A DNA stretch of 62,706 bases, taken from Candidatus Woesearchaeota archaeon. GTDB lineage: Archaea > Nanobdellota > Nanobdellia > SCGC-AAA011-G17 > GW2011-AR18. This document shows, piece after piece, positions 47,910 to 56,230 of this stretch. The notes below the pieces were generated by a model. It saw only the letters and a program-made list of their open reading frames with translations, was not told the DNA's origin and did not search any database. The stretch covers positions 1 to 62,706 of the forward strand of contig CAZCCK010000005.1 in assembly GCA_964497265.1 (NCBI GenBank), given 5' to 3'. The number at the start of each line of letters is the position of its first letter. The first letter of the stretch is position 1. The position numbers were made by a program, and so were the translations under genes.

Positions 47910-48644
47910 GTGGAAAATCAAAATCTGGAAGTAATGCCTTCTTCTCATCAGGGTGAAACTCTTTTAAGTAAGTGGGGGATGGTCGCGCTTATTGTAGTTG
48001 GTTTGTTCGTGATTGTTAATCAGTTTTTGATTATGTCTGTTTCTGGTGGTCCTTCCTTGGGTTCTTCTTCAAGTTTGATTAGTCTTCATTCAAGTAGTGA
48101 TCTTTCTAAGGTTGATGTTACAAAAATTGAGTCTACAGCTCAAGGTATTGCTGCTCTTTTTCCCTTAGATAAAGTTAAGACTGCTGACGATGCAGTTGCT
48201 GTCCTTATTCCTTCTGGTACTCCCGAGTATGGAGCTGCGATGGGTGTCTCTTATGATGATCCTGTGAAATCCTTGGATTTATTGGCTAAAGGTTATCCTG
48301 CTTTGAAAAAGCAAGCGCAAGAAAATCCAGAGGTATGGCAGCGTTATTTAACATTAGCTGCTGCTCCACGTGGTATTTCTTGTGAGTTTTGTTGTGGTAT
48401 TGGGCCTCAAGGTGTTGATGCTAAAGGTGAGTTAAGGTGTGGTTGTTCTCATAGTCCTGCATTGCAATCAGTTACCTTATGGTTAATGCTTAATACGAAA
48501 TATTCTGACGCTGAAATCTTAAGAGAGGTTTACAAGTGGAAATCCTTGTTCTTCCCTAAGAATATGGTTGAGCTAGGTTTGAAGATTGCAGGTGGAGACA
48601 CTTCTGTTTTAAAGAACTTGCCTGGGATGGTTGGCGGTTGTTAG
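47910..48644 (+). CDS. membrane-anchored protein with extracytoplasmic Cys cluster (GTG start)
   Basis: SD AAGGAG lies 8 nt upstream. One TM helix (WGMVALIVVGLFVIVNQFLIM). Cys cluster CEFCCGIGPQGVDAKGELRCGCSH. Confidence 0.55.
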   Translation: MENQNLEVMPSSHQGETLLSKWGMVALIVVGLFVIVNQFLIMSVSGGPSLGSSSSLISLHSSSDLSKVDVTKIESTAQGIAALFPLDKVKTADDAVAVLIPSGTPEYGAAMGVSYDDPVKSLDLLAKGYPALKKQAQENPEVWQRYLTLAAAPRGISCEFCCGIGPQGVDAKGELRCGCSHSPALQSVTLWLMLNTKYSDAEILREVYKWKSLFFPKNMVELGLKIAGGDTSVLKNLPGMVGGC

Positions 48645-49088
48645 ATGAAGAAGTTTGTTTATGTTGTAATTCTTCTTTTAAGTGTTGGTGTTTTGTTTTA
48701 TTTTCTAAAAGGTTCTTTAACGTCAAATAGTATCAAAGTTTCTGACACTCCGATTCATTGGCATCCTCATTTAAGGATTATTATTAATGGAGAAGAACAG
48801 ATTATTCCTGCCAATATTGGTCTTGGCGCTGTTGAGTCTCCGATTCATACCCATGAGACTGATGGAATTTTGCATATGGAGAATGAGCATCCTTCTGCTG
48901 ACACGGTTGTGTTAGGTTATTTTTTCAAAGTCTGGGGAAAAGCGTTTAATAAAGAGTGTATTTTTGAATATTGCACTGATAAGGGTTCTTTGAAGATGAC
49001 TGTGAATGGAAAGGAAAATAATGAATTTGAGAAGTATTTTATGCAAGATAAAGATGAGATTGTGATTGAGTATCAGAGTAATGCTTAA
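48645..49088 (+). CDS. membrane-anchored His-rich protein (147 aa)
   Basis: Its ATG directly abuts the previous stop. N-terminal TM segment. HWHPHL and PIHTHETDGILHMENEH motifs. Confidence 0.55.
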   Translation: MKKFVYVVILLLSVGVLFYFLKGSLTSNSIKVSDTPIHWHPHLRIIINGEEQIIPANIGLGAVESPIHTHETDGILHMENEHPSADTVVLGYFFKVWGKAFNKECIFEYCTDKGSLKMTVNGKENNEFEKYFMQDKDEIVIEYQSNA

Positions 49089-49125
49089 TAAGTTATTTAA
49101 ACTGTTCTTACTCTACTTTTTTAAA

Positions 49126-50076
49126 ATGAAAAAGCTCTTTTATCTTTTATTTTTTTTAATGGGTGTAGTTTCAGTATCTGCAGCTTTGCCTATTGGTGTG
49201 CAAAGATTAATAGCGTATGAAACTGCTTTGGCGTTGAGCATAACATTTCTAGCTGCTTTTTTAGCGGGGATAGTGAGTTTTACTTCTCCATGTGGTTTTG
49301 TGCTTTTGCCTACATTTTTTTCGTATGCGTTTAAAGAGAAAAAGAAAGCGTTGGCGATGACTTCTTTTTTTTCTGTGGGTTTATTAGTTGGATTTGTGGT
49401 GGTTGGAGTTATTGCGGGTTTATTGGGTAATTTTTTTAATGGGTATAAAACTATTTTTTCAATTTTAGCGGGATTATTGATGATTCTTTTAGGCATTTTA
49501 TCTTTTTTAAATAAGAGCTTTGGATTTAATTTGAAAGTAGGTGAGAAAAAATCTGCTGTAAGTTTAATCTTATTTGGTTTCTTGTTTGCGTTTGCGTGGA
49601 CACCCTGCACTTTTACCGTTCTTAGTGGTATTTTGTTATTAGCTTCTTTGTCTGGTTCTTTAATAAAAGCTGCTTTGATGTTGCTCTCCTTTGGTCTGGG
49701 GGTAGTGGTTCCTCTATTGTTTTTTTCTTATTTTTCAGATAAAATAGATTTAGCTTCTAAGTTGCAAGGAAAAGTGAGGGAGTTTAGAGTATTTAATCAT
49801 AAAGTTATTACTAATACGTACAATATTGTTGCTGGTCTTATTTTAATTATTTTAGGGGTTTTAATTGTTTTATTTCAAGGAACGCAGTTTTTTCAGATTT
49901 ATTTGCCTTCGTATATTCCAGGTAATCCTGATTTGGCTGAGCCTTTGAATCAAAAGTTTTTGACTGGTTTTTTTGCCTCTTCTTTGGGTAATTATCTTGG
50001 TTTAGCCTTAGTTTTAGTTGTTTTAATTGTAATTATTTATTTTGTTAGGAAGAGTTTAAAGGAGAATTTTTTTTAG
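49126..50076 (+). CDS. ccdA: CcdA/DsbD-family thiol-disulfide transmembrane electron transporter
   Basis: The two conserved Cys-in-membrane motifs, TSPCGFVLLP and WTPCTFTVLSG, with multiple TM helices. An alternative upstream start is at 49066. Confidence 0.8.
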   Translation: MKKLFYLLFFLMGVVSVSAALPIGVQRLIAYETALALSITFLAAFLAGIVSFTSPCGFVLLPTFFSYAFKEKKKALAMTSFFSVGLLVGFVVVGVIAGLLGNFFNGYKTIFSILAGLLMILLGILSFLNKSFGFNLKVGEKKSAVSLILFGFLFAFAWTPCTFTVLSGILLLASLSGSLIKAALMLLSFGLGVVVPLLFFSYFSDKIDLASKLQGKVREFRVFNHKVITNTYNIVAGLILIILGVLIVLFQGTQFFQIYLPSYIPGNPDLAEPLNQKFLTGFFASSLGNYLGLALVLVVLIVIIYFVRKSLKENFF

Positions 50077-50448
50077 TTCTTCAATGGGTTCGAAGTCCTT
50101 ATCTTTAGTGAGGAGTGTTGAATTATTTTCGATGACTAAAGCTGCGATGAGTAGGTCGGCTAAAGGTAAGAGCATGCCTTTTTTTTGATAAGTTAGTTTT
50201 AAGTTTGCTAGTAGGGTGGCTGTAGATTTTGTTGTTTGAAGGGAGGAGAGTGTTTTTAAGAAGCGAATAGCTTTTTCTTTGTTTTTTATTGATTTTTCAT
50301 TAATTCCAAGAAGGAATTCAAATTCACTTACAAAAGTTATTCTTGGCGAGTTAGGGTAATCTTCTTTTAATTTTTTAAGCTGAGTAAGCAGTTCTTTGTT
50401 TCCTCGTTCTATTTCGATTAAAATCGAGGTATCGAGTATAAGATTCAT
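50056..50448 (-). CDS. vapC: PIN-domain toxin VapC
   Basis: MNLILDTSILIEIERGN start. C-terminal LLTKDKDF motif. Confidence 0.8.
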   Translation of the reverse strand: MNLILDTSILIEIERGNKELLTQLKKLKEDYPNSPRITFVSEFEFLLGINEKSIKNKEKAIRFLKTLSSLQTTKSTATLLANLKLTYQKKGMLLPLADLLIAALVIENNSTLLTKDKDFEPIEELKKILL

Positions 50449-50690
50449 TGTCGGAATCCGTATTCTTTTCTTAATTTTTTGAGAGTTTTAGAGAGTTCTT
50501 CTGCTTCTTGGTCTAAAAGTATTTTTTCTCCTGCTAGTATTCGTTCCCAAGTCGGATCGTTTTTTTCTTCGTATTCTTCAAGCATTTCTTTAAAAAATCT
50601 ACCTAATTTCATTTTATTTTGGTTTGCAAGGATTTTGAATCGGTACCATGTCTTATCATCTACTTCTTTGATAGTTTTGACTTCGCCCAT
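50445..50690 (-). CDS. putative antitoxin partner of VapC (81 aa)
   Basis: Start moved to M25 (MGEVKTIKEVDDKTWYRFKILANQNKMKLGRFFKEMLEEY). Has a 4-nt overlap with the PIN gene. Fold class not determined. Confidence 0.55.
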   Translation of the reverse strand: MGEVKTIKEVDDKTWYRFKILANQNKMKLGRFFKEMLEEYEEKNDPTWERILAGEKILLDQEAEELSKTLKKLRKEYGFRQ

Positions 50691-50758
50691 AAAGTAATAA
50701 AGTATTACTTTTATATAAGGTTTACTAAAGGCGGTTTTCCGGGATCTGAAAAGGTTAA

Positions 50759-51202
50759 TCAAAGAGTAAGTGTTTGTCTCGTTCTTCCAAAAAGGGGTTT
50801 ATAGATTAGTTCTATTCTTGTCGGAGTAATTTTGTACCATGATTGTCCGATCTCAAAAATTTCTCCTTCTTTTCTTGGTAAGGGTTTATTTCTTTTTGTT
50901 GCGTGTTTAATTGCTATGGGTAAAATGTCTCCTTCTATTTTTTGAGCTTTTCCTTCTAGTTGTATTCCAATATCTGGTTCTCCAGGTTTTTCAGTCAAAG
51001 TAATTGAGGCTGCGACATTTGGATTTTTTAAAATTGCTTGGGAATGTCTTGTAGTCGGTTGTGAAAGCCAATAAAGGTTAAACTCAGAATCAAAAACATA
51101 GATCACATCCGCAACCCAGATTCCGTTTTGGTCTAAAGTTGCTAAACTAAGTAAATAGCTTTTTTCTAAGACTTCATTAACAAGTTGTTTGAGTTGTTCC
51201 AA
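50759..51202 (-). CDS. pyridoxamine 5'-phosphate oxidase-like FMN-binding protein (TTG start)
   Basis: LSLATLDQNGIWVADVIYVFDSEFNLYWLSQPTTRHSQAILKNPNVAASI matches the split-barrel PNPOx-like pattern. Confidence 0.65.
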   Translation of the reverse strand: MEQLKQLVNEVLEKSYLLSLATLDQNGIWVADVIYVFDSEFNLYWLSQPTTRHSQAILKNPNVAASITLTEKPGEPDIGIQLEGKAQKIEGDILPIAIKHATKRNKPLPRKEGEIFEIGQSWYKITPTRIELIYKPLFGRTRQTLTL

Positions 51203-51405
51203 ATGTGTGGCCCATCGTTATTAGGTTTTTCTGCCAAATAAATAGTTTCTGGGCTTGTAGCTGTGCTAAGCACGGTCCTAGAAAAAGATTTCGCTTTTGA
51301 AAGAAAATCCAATCTTAATCCTTCATTGATTTTATTTTTTGTAATGTCTGTTTAATATTCAAAGACTTTTTTGAATAATTATCCCTAAGTGTTCAAATAT
51401 GAATA

Positions 51406-51508
51406 CGGGCCTGTCAGGATTTGAACCCGAACTAAACGGTCTCTCCTGAAGAACCGTTCTAGTTGGCATTCGAAGCCGTTTGTGCTATCCAGGTTACACC
51501 ACAGGCCC
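51406..51508 (-). tRNA. tRNA-Arg (anticodon UCG) with a 29-nt intron at 37/38
   Basis: Acceptor stem GGGCCUG/CAGGCCC with discriminator G. D stem GUGU/GCAC. Anticodon stem AACGG/CCGUU with loop CU-UCG-A(intron)A. T arm UCGGG-UUCAAAU-CCUGA. A TATA-like CTTTTAAAC lies ~25 nt upstream. Confidence 0.85.
51441..51469 (-). other. tRNA intron (AUGCCAACUAGAACGGUUCUUCAGGAGAG)
   Basis: This is the sequence left after the mature cloverleaf is threaded. Loop CUUC can pair with intron GGAG, leaving 3-nt bulges (GAA and AGA) like a relaxed bulge-helix-bulge. The boundary is ambiguous by 1 nt. Confidence 0.7.
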
Positions 51509-51546
51509 ATGGGACTGTTGTTTAAGGGAAGTTTAAAAGTGTTGCG

Positions 51547-51915
51547 TTAGATGCTAAGAAGGTCTTCTTCCAAAAGAGGAGTTTGATCCAACTCTAAACG
51601 CGGAATTTGATATGATTCGATTGTAGCTTTGTAAGTGATTGAAGAAGGACGGATTTTTGTTTTTTCGAGTTTTATTGTTTGTGCTTCTTTGTTATAAGCG
51701 CAGAGTGCTGCGTGATAATTTCCTAAGTGTTCATAAATTGAGCCGGCTTCAAAATAAAATTTTGCTTCTTGGTAAGCTCCGACTGCTTCTTTGAATTTTC
51801 TTTTTGCTTGACTTATATGCCCTTTATTTTCAAATGCTTGTGCTTCAGAATGAAATCGTCTGGCGTATTTTAGATAGATCTGTTCACGTTCTAATGTCTT
51901 TTCAAGGTCTTCCAT
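51547..51915 (-). CDS. hypothetical helical-repeat (TPR-like) protein (122 aa)
   Basis: Repeating A..Y..A / G.Y..A helical hairpin pattern. The N-terminal segment EAQAFENKGHISQAKRKFKEAVGAY resembles that of the neighbouring ORF. Confidence 0.5.
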   Translation of the reverse strand: MEDLEKTLEREQIYLKYARRFHSEAQAFENKGHISQAKRKFKEAVGAYQEAKFYFEAGSIYEHLGNYHAALCAYNKEAQTIKLEKTKIRPSSITYKATIESYQIPRLELDQTPLLEEDLLSI

Positions 51916-51950
51916 ATTTTTTAGTTTTAAAAAGGGTAGTTACTTAATTG

Positions 51951-52490
51951 TTAAATTCGTCTTGATTGTAAAATGGATTCTAAGTCTGTAGTTAGTTGCT
52001 CTGCGACAGGAGTGTTGTTCATTTCTTTTTGAATGTTGATAAGGGCAATGTACATTTTTCTGGCGGTTCCTAAAGGAATCTGTTTTGATTGTTCTCTTGC
52101 CTTTGCGAAGTTTTCAGCAAGAAGATAGTGTGCTGTTGCTTCAAGGGGGAAGCCTATCCTTTCTGCAATCTCAGCATACTTTTCAGGATGATATGCTTCT
52201 CTTTCTTTTTTGTAAGCGTTAGGCCCTTTTTCACTAATTTCCCTGACGATATTTGCAAAGATTCCTTGTCTAAGGCTGCATTCAATGATTTTGTCTTCAA
52301 AACCGAATTTTTCTGCGAGAAGTTGTGCTTGAGTAAGTTTTTCAGAACTGATGTAAAGATCTATTGCTTCACGTGCGAGTGCTTGAGCTTTTTGGGTTTC
52401 TCCATTTTTATGGTGAAGTTGTGCTTCGTGCTCAAGGCGATAAGCTTCTTGACTAAGATCTTCACAGTCCAAATCTAAAAGTGTTGTCAT
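51951..52490 (-). CDS. hypothetical helical-repeat protein (179 aa)
   Basis: The N-terminal segment EAQLHHKNGETQKAQALAREAIDLY is paralogous to 51547-51915. The antisense ORF 52089-52478 is Cys/Phe-rich and likely spurious. Confidence 0.5.
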   Translation of the reverse strand: MTTLLDLDCEDLSQEAYRLEHEAQLHHKNGETQKAQALAREAIDLYISSEKLTQAQLLAEKFGFEDKIIECSLRQGIFANIVREISEKGPNAYKKEREAYHPEKYAEIAERIGFPLEATAHYLLAENFAKAREQSKQIPLGTARKMYIALINIQKEMNNTPVAEQLTTDLESILQSRRI

Positions 52491-52534
52491 GAAAAAAAAG
52501 GGATAAAGTATACCTTTAAAAGCGTATTGATAAG

Positions 52535-52608
52535 CGGGCCCGAAGGGATTCGAACCCTTGTCAGAAGCTCCGCAAGCTCCTATACTATCCAGGCTATACT
52601 ACGGGCCC
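52535..52608 (-). tRNA. tRNA-Arg (anticodon GCG)
   Basis: Acceptor stem GGGCCCG/CGGGCCC with discriminator G. Anticodon stem GGAGC/GCUUC with loop UU-GCG-GA. T arm AAGGG-UUCGAAU-CCCUU. Confidence 0.9.
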
Positions 52609-52660
52609 TTGAGAGTTTTGAAAGGGGGATTGTTTTTAAGGTTTTCTTTAAACAAATAGG

Positions 52661-52668
52661 TTTATAAA
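52661..52668 (+). promoter_or_regulatory. TATA box (TTTATAAA) for the permease gene
   Basis: Followed by SD GGAGG at 52674-52678 and ATG at 52690. Confidence 0.4.
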
Positions 52669-52689
52669 AAAGAGGAGGGAAAGAAAGAT

Positions 52690-53808
52690 ATGGTGATAAA
52701 GAGTGACTTTTGGAGTGCTGTTTTTAATCTTGTGAGTGTAACGGTAGGGGCTGGTATTTTCGCGCTACCGTATGTGGTTGGAAAGGCGGGGTTTCTTACA
52801 GGGTTAGCGCTTATTATCGGAGTAGGAGTAATTATGGCATTTGTTTCTTTGTTTTTAGCAGAGGTGGTACTAAGAACAAGGGGGAAACATCAATTGTCTG
52901 GTTTGGCAAATGCTTATTTAGGCCAAAAAGGAAAGTATGCGATGTTTTTTGTGTTGTTTTTCAGCATTTACGGTGCTTTGTTTGCGTATGTGCTTGGTGC
53001 TGGAGAAATTTTATCGAGTTTGTTTTTAGTAAGTGCAAAAGTTGCTTCTTGGTTTTTTTTCATTATTTTGGCTTTTTTACTGATGTTCGATTTTGACTTT
53101 TTCACAAAGGTGGAAAGTATTTTCACTCCTTTAAAAATAGCGTTAGCTTTTCTAATTAGTATTTTTATTTTGCCCTCAATTCATATGCAAAACGTAACGA
53201 ATTTTTCTTTTCGTTCGATGCTTGCTCCTTTTGGTTTAATTCTTTTCGCGTATCTTGGAGTAAGCGCTATTCCAGAGATGGCGTTGGATCTAAAGAAGAA
53301 AGTAGATTTGAAGAAAGCGATCATTACGGGTATTTTTATTTCAGGTCTCTTGTACGCTTTGTACGCTTTTGCTTTTGTCGGTGCTTTCGGTGCGAATCAG
53401 CAAGAAGTAAGTGTGTTAAGCTTAGGTCGGTTAAGTAATAATCTGTTTGTCTTTGGTTGTGTTTTCGGTGTTTTAACGTTGGCCACTGCTTTTCTTTCAT
53501 TAGGATTTTCCTTGAAAGATAATTTCATCCTCGACTTTAAAGAATCTAAGAGTGTTGCCTGGTTATGGGTGGTAATAATACCTGCTTTATTGCTCTTGTT
53601 AAATGTGCATGGTTATGTTAAGGTTTTAGAAATTACAGGTGTTATTGCGGGTGGGTTGTTAATGATTTTTATTTTGTATTTACATCAAGTAGCAAAGAAA
53701 GAAGGAGCGCGAAAGCCCGAGTTTATGATTACTCAAAGTTTCCTCCTCAAGCTTTTGATTCTGCTCTTTATTTGTGTAGGTATAGGTTATACGTTGTTAA
53801 GTCTTTAA
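52690..53808 (+). CDS. amino acid permease (Aa_trans / Trp-Tyr permease-like)
   Basis: N-terminal FNLVSVTVGAGIFALPYVVGKAGF motif and ~11 TM helices. Confidence 0.75.
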   Translation: MVIKSDFWSAVFNLVSVTVGAGIFALPYVVGKAGFLTGLALIIGVGVIMAFVSLFLAEVVLRTRGKHQLSGLANAYLGQKGKYAMFFVLFFSIYGALFAYVLGAGEILSSLFLVSAKVASWFFFIILAFLLMFDFDFFTKVESIFTPLKIALAFLISIFILPSIHMQNVTNFSFRSMLAPFGLILFAYLGVSAIPEMALDLKKKVDLKKAIITGIFISGLLYALYAFAFVGAFGANQQEVSVLSLGRLSNNLFVFGCVFGVLTLATAFLSLGFSLKDNFILDFKESKSVAWLWVVIIPALLLLLNVHGYVKVLEITGVIAGGLLMIFILYLHQVAKKEGARKPEFMITQSFLLKLLILLFICVGIGYTLLSL

Positions 53809-55184
53809 AGGAGTTTTTTAAGAGTTTGATGGACTAAAGAAGGGTCTGCTTTTCCTTTTGTTTCTCTCATGATTTGACCGATTAGAAAGTTAAAGGATTT
53901 TTCTTCTCCTGCTTTGTAAGCTTCCACAGCTTTTGAATTCGCGTGTATTACTTTTTTGCAGATTTCTTCGAGAACGGCAGTATCTGCAACAACTTCAAGG
54001 TTATTTTCTTTTACGTACTTTTGAAGATCGAGGTCTTGTTCTATGAGTAATTCCATGATACGTTGTCCGGTTTGTCTTGTTATTTTTTTAGTGTGAATAA
54101 GCTCTAGAACTTCCAGGATATGTTTTTCAATAAACGTATTATCTAGTTCCTTTTTTGCGTAATTTAAGACTCTGCTTACTTCTCTTCGTATCCATTCTGC
54201 CGCTAAAGCGGGTTCTATTTTTTTGCTTGCTTTTTCAAATATAGCAGAGAGCTTAAAGTCGTTTGCGAGAACTTCTGAGTCTTCGACTTTAAGTTTTAAT
54301 TCTTTCTGGTAGCGCAGGGATTTTTGTTGGGGAAGTTCTGGAAGATTTTTTCTAGTTGTTTCTAGAAGCTCTTTTGTAAGTTCGATAGGTACAAGATCAG
54401 GGTCGAGGATGTAACCATAGTCAGCTTCTTCTTCTTTTTTTCTTTGGAAGAGAGTTATTCCTTTCTCGCTGTCCCAGCCTCGTGTTTCGCGATGTTTGAG
54501 TCCTTGGTGTTCGCGAATTAAGACTTTTTGTCGTTCTATTTCGTAGTTTAGGGCGCGTTCGATTTCTTTAAAGCCGGTGATATTTTTTATTTCTGCTCGT
54601 TCATATCCTTTGATGCTGATGTTTGCGTCTGCTTTGATGACTCCTTCATTAGGATCGAAAATGCCTAGATAGTGAATGAGGGTGATGAGTCTTTTGAGAA
54701 ATTCTCGTGCTTCGTCTGGGCTAGAAAAGTCTGGTTCTGTGACAATTTCGCAGAGGGGTTTTCCTGATCGGTTGTAATCGACTAATACTGTTGATCCTTG
54801 GTGGAGTAAAGCTGCTGGATCTTCTTCGAGGTGGATTCTTGTTATTTTGATTTCTTTGTCTCCGATGTTGAGTTTTCCTTTGCTTCCTAAAGGAATTTCG
54901 TATTGGGTGATTTGGTAGTTTTTTCCCATGTCTGGATAGAAGTAAACTTTTCTTGAAAAGATAATTTCTGGCGCGATAGAGCATTCAAGTGCTAAAGCGA
55001 GTCTTAGCGCATATTCTATTGCTTTTTTATTGACAACTGGTTTTGATCCTGGAAATCCTACGCAAATATCGCATGTTTTGGTATTTGGAGCATCTGCCTC
55101 TTTTGGGAGAGCGCAAGAGCAGAAGAGTTTAGTTTGAGTGTTCAAAGAGACATGAATTTCCAGTCCAATAATTATTTCATGCAT
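53805..55184 (-). CDS. gatB: aspartyl/glutamyl-tRNA amidotransferase subunit B
   Basis: GLEIHVSLNTQTKLFCSC N-terminus, DYNRSGKPLCEIVTEP, and C-terminal GatB/YqeY domain FLIGQIMRETKGKADP. 459 aa. Confidence 0.9.
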   Translation of the reverse strand: MHEIIIGLEIHVSLNTQTKLFCSCALPKEADAPNTKTCDICVGFPGSKPVVNKKAIEYALRLALALECSIAPEIIFSRKVYFYPDMGKNYQITQYEIPLGSKGKLNIGDKEIKITRIHLEEDPAALLHQGSTVLVDYNRSGKPLCEIVTEPDFSSPDEAREFLKRLITLIHYLGIFDPNEGVIKADANISIKGYERAEIKNITGFKEIERALNYEIERQKVLIREHQGLKHRETRGWDSEKGITLFQRKKEEEADYGYILDPDLVPIELTKELLETTRKNLPELPQQKSLRYQKELKLKVEDSEVLANDFKLSAIFEKASKKIEPALAAEWIRREVSRVLNYAKKELDNTFIEKHILEVLELIHTKKITRQTGQRIMELLIEQDLDLQKYVKENNLEVVADTAVLEEICKKVIHANSKAVEAYKAGEEKSFNFLIGQIMRETKGKADPSLVHQTLKKLL

Positions 55185-55279
55185 AAAGTGTTGGTTTTTA
55201 TTCCTCTTTTATTCCTTTCGGTAAATTTACGTTTTTTTGAAAGAAAGTTTTATAAATGGGTATGACTTAGTAATACTTT

Positions 55280-55531
55280 ATGGTAGGAATTAAATTGCAT
55301 GGAAGGGTTGGAGAAAAAGGTCAGATTGTTATTCCAAAACCTATTCGTGAACAGTTAGGTATTCAGCCGAATACTGAGTTAGTATTTGATCTTGTAGAAG
55401 AAAAGATAGTTATCCGAAAAGAAAGATCTGACGTTGAGATTGTTGAAGAGTTTGTTAATATGGTTAAAAAGAAAAAGAATTTTTCAAAGAAAATAGATTG
55501 GAGCAAAGAAGTTTATTCTCAATTTGACTAA
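55280..55531 (+). CDS. AbrB/SpoVT/MazE-fold antitoxin
   Basis: GEKGQIVIPKPIREQLGIQPNTELVF is the swapped-hairpin AbrB-type motif. Has an 8-nt overlap with the downstream PIN gene. Confidence 0.75.
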   Translation: MVGIKLHGRVGEKGQIVIPKPIREQLGIQPNTELVFDLVEEKIVIRKERSDVEIVEEFVNMVKKKKNFSKKIDWSKEVYSQFD

Positions 55532-55943
55532 AATGATGAAATATATTGATTCTAATGTTTTTATCTTTGCTGCTTTACCTGGGAGTAAGAAGGAAGAAAA
55601 AGCAAGGGCGATTCTAAGTCAAATAGCGAATGGTCAATTAATGGCTGCAACTTCTGCTCTGGTTATTGATGAATTTGTATGGATGGTTTGGAAAGAAACA
55701 AAAAATAGGGACTTTGCTATTGGGTTAGCATTGAATTTGTTAGAACTAAAAAATTTAAAATTTATCGTAAATGATCAGTTTATTTCAAAAAGAGCATTAC
55801 TGTTAATGAAGAAGTATCCTCATCTAAAACCAAGGGATGGAATGCATATGGCTGCGGCGTTAGCTTCCGGGTCAAAGATTATTATTAGTGACGATGCGGA
55901 CTTTGATAATCTGGAAGAAATAAAGAGAGAGTCGTTGGATTAA
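55524..55943 (+). CDS. vapC: PIN-domain toxin VapC
   Basis: KYIDSNVFIFA N-terminus, VIDEF, and C-terminal IISDDADFD. The start may be M4 or M5. Confidence 0.75.
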   Translation: MTKMMKYIDSNVFIFAALPGSKKEEKARAILSQIANGQLMAATSALVIDEFVWMVWKETKNRDFAIGLALNLLELKNLKFIVNDQFISKRALLLMKKYPHLKPRDGMHMAAALASGSKIIISDDADFDNLEEIKRESLD

Positions 55944-55951
55944 GCATAATC

Positions 55952-55959
55952 TTTATAAA
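55952..55959 (+). promoter_or_regulatory. TATA box (TTTATAAA)
   Basis: Lies 22 nt upstream of ATG 55981, which would give a leaderless transcript. Confidence 0.35.
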
Positions 55960-55980
55960 CTCTTTAAAAATTCCTTTTTC

Positions 55981-56181
55981 ATGGTTCAAAGGATTTTCGG
56001 TAGAACTGAGCGTTATTTGCCTCTTCGTAAAGGAAGGCATAGAAAAGCTCGTCCTAAAAGTTTTAAAAATGAAGCTGCAGCTGCCACATGGGCTAATTCT
56101 CATGGTATTAAAGAGTATACGTTGAAGAATACGAAGAATCCTGAGCGTAAAGACAAGAAGTTGTTTATCATTCCAAAATAA
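55981..56181 (+). CDS. small basic protein (66 aa)
   Basis: Preferred over the overlapping antisense ORF 55885-56232 because of TATA spacing and a plausible Lys/Arg-rich composition. Confidence 0.4.
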   Translation: MVQRIFGRTERYLPLRKGRHRKARPKSFKNEAAAATWANSHGIKEYTLKNTKNPERKDKKLFIIPK

Positions 56182-56230
56182 GTGTTTATTTGTAATAATT
56201 CTTATAAACGTAAAGAAGATTTTCATAAAC

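Noticed and set aside
49140-49610. 156-aa minus-strand ORF.
   Set aside because: It is antisense to ccdA, whose two conserved membrane Cys motifs fix the coding strand. The translation is Lys/Pro/Asn-rich.
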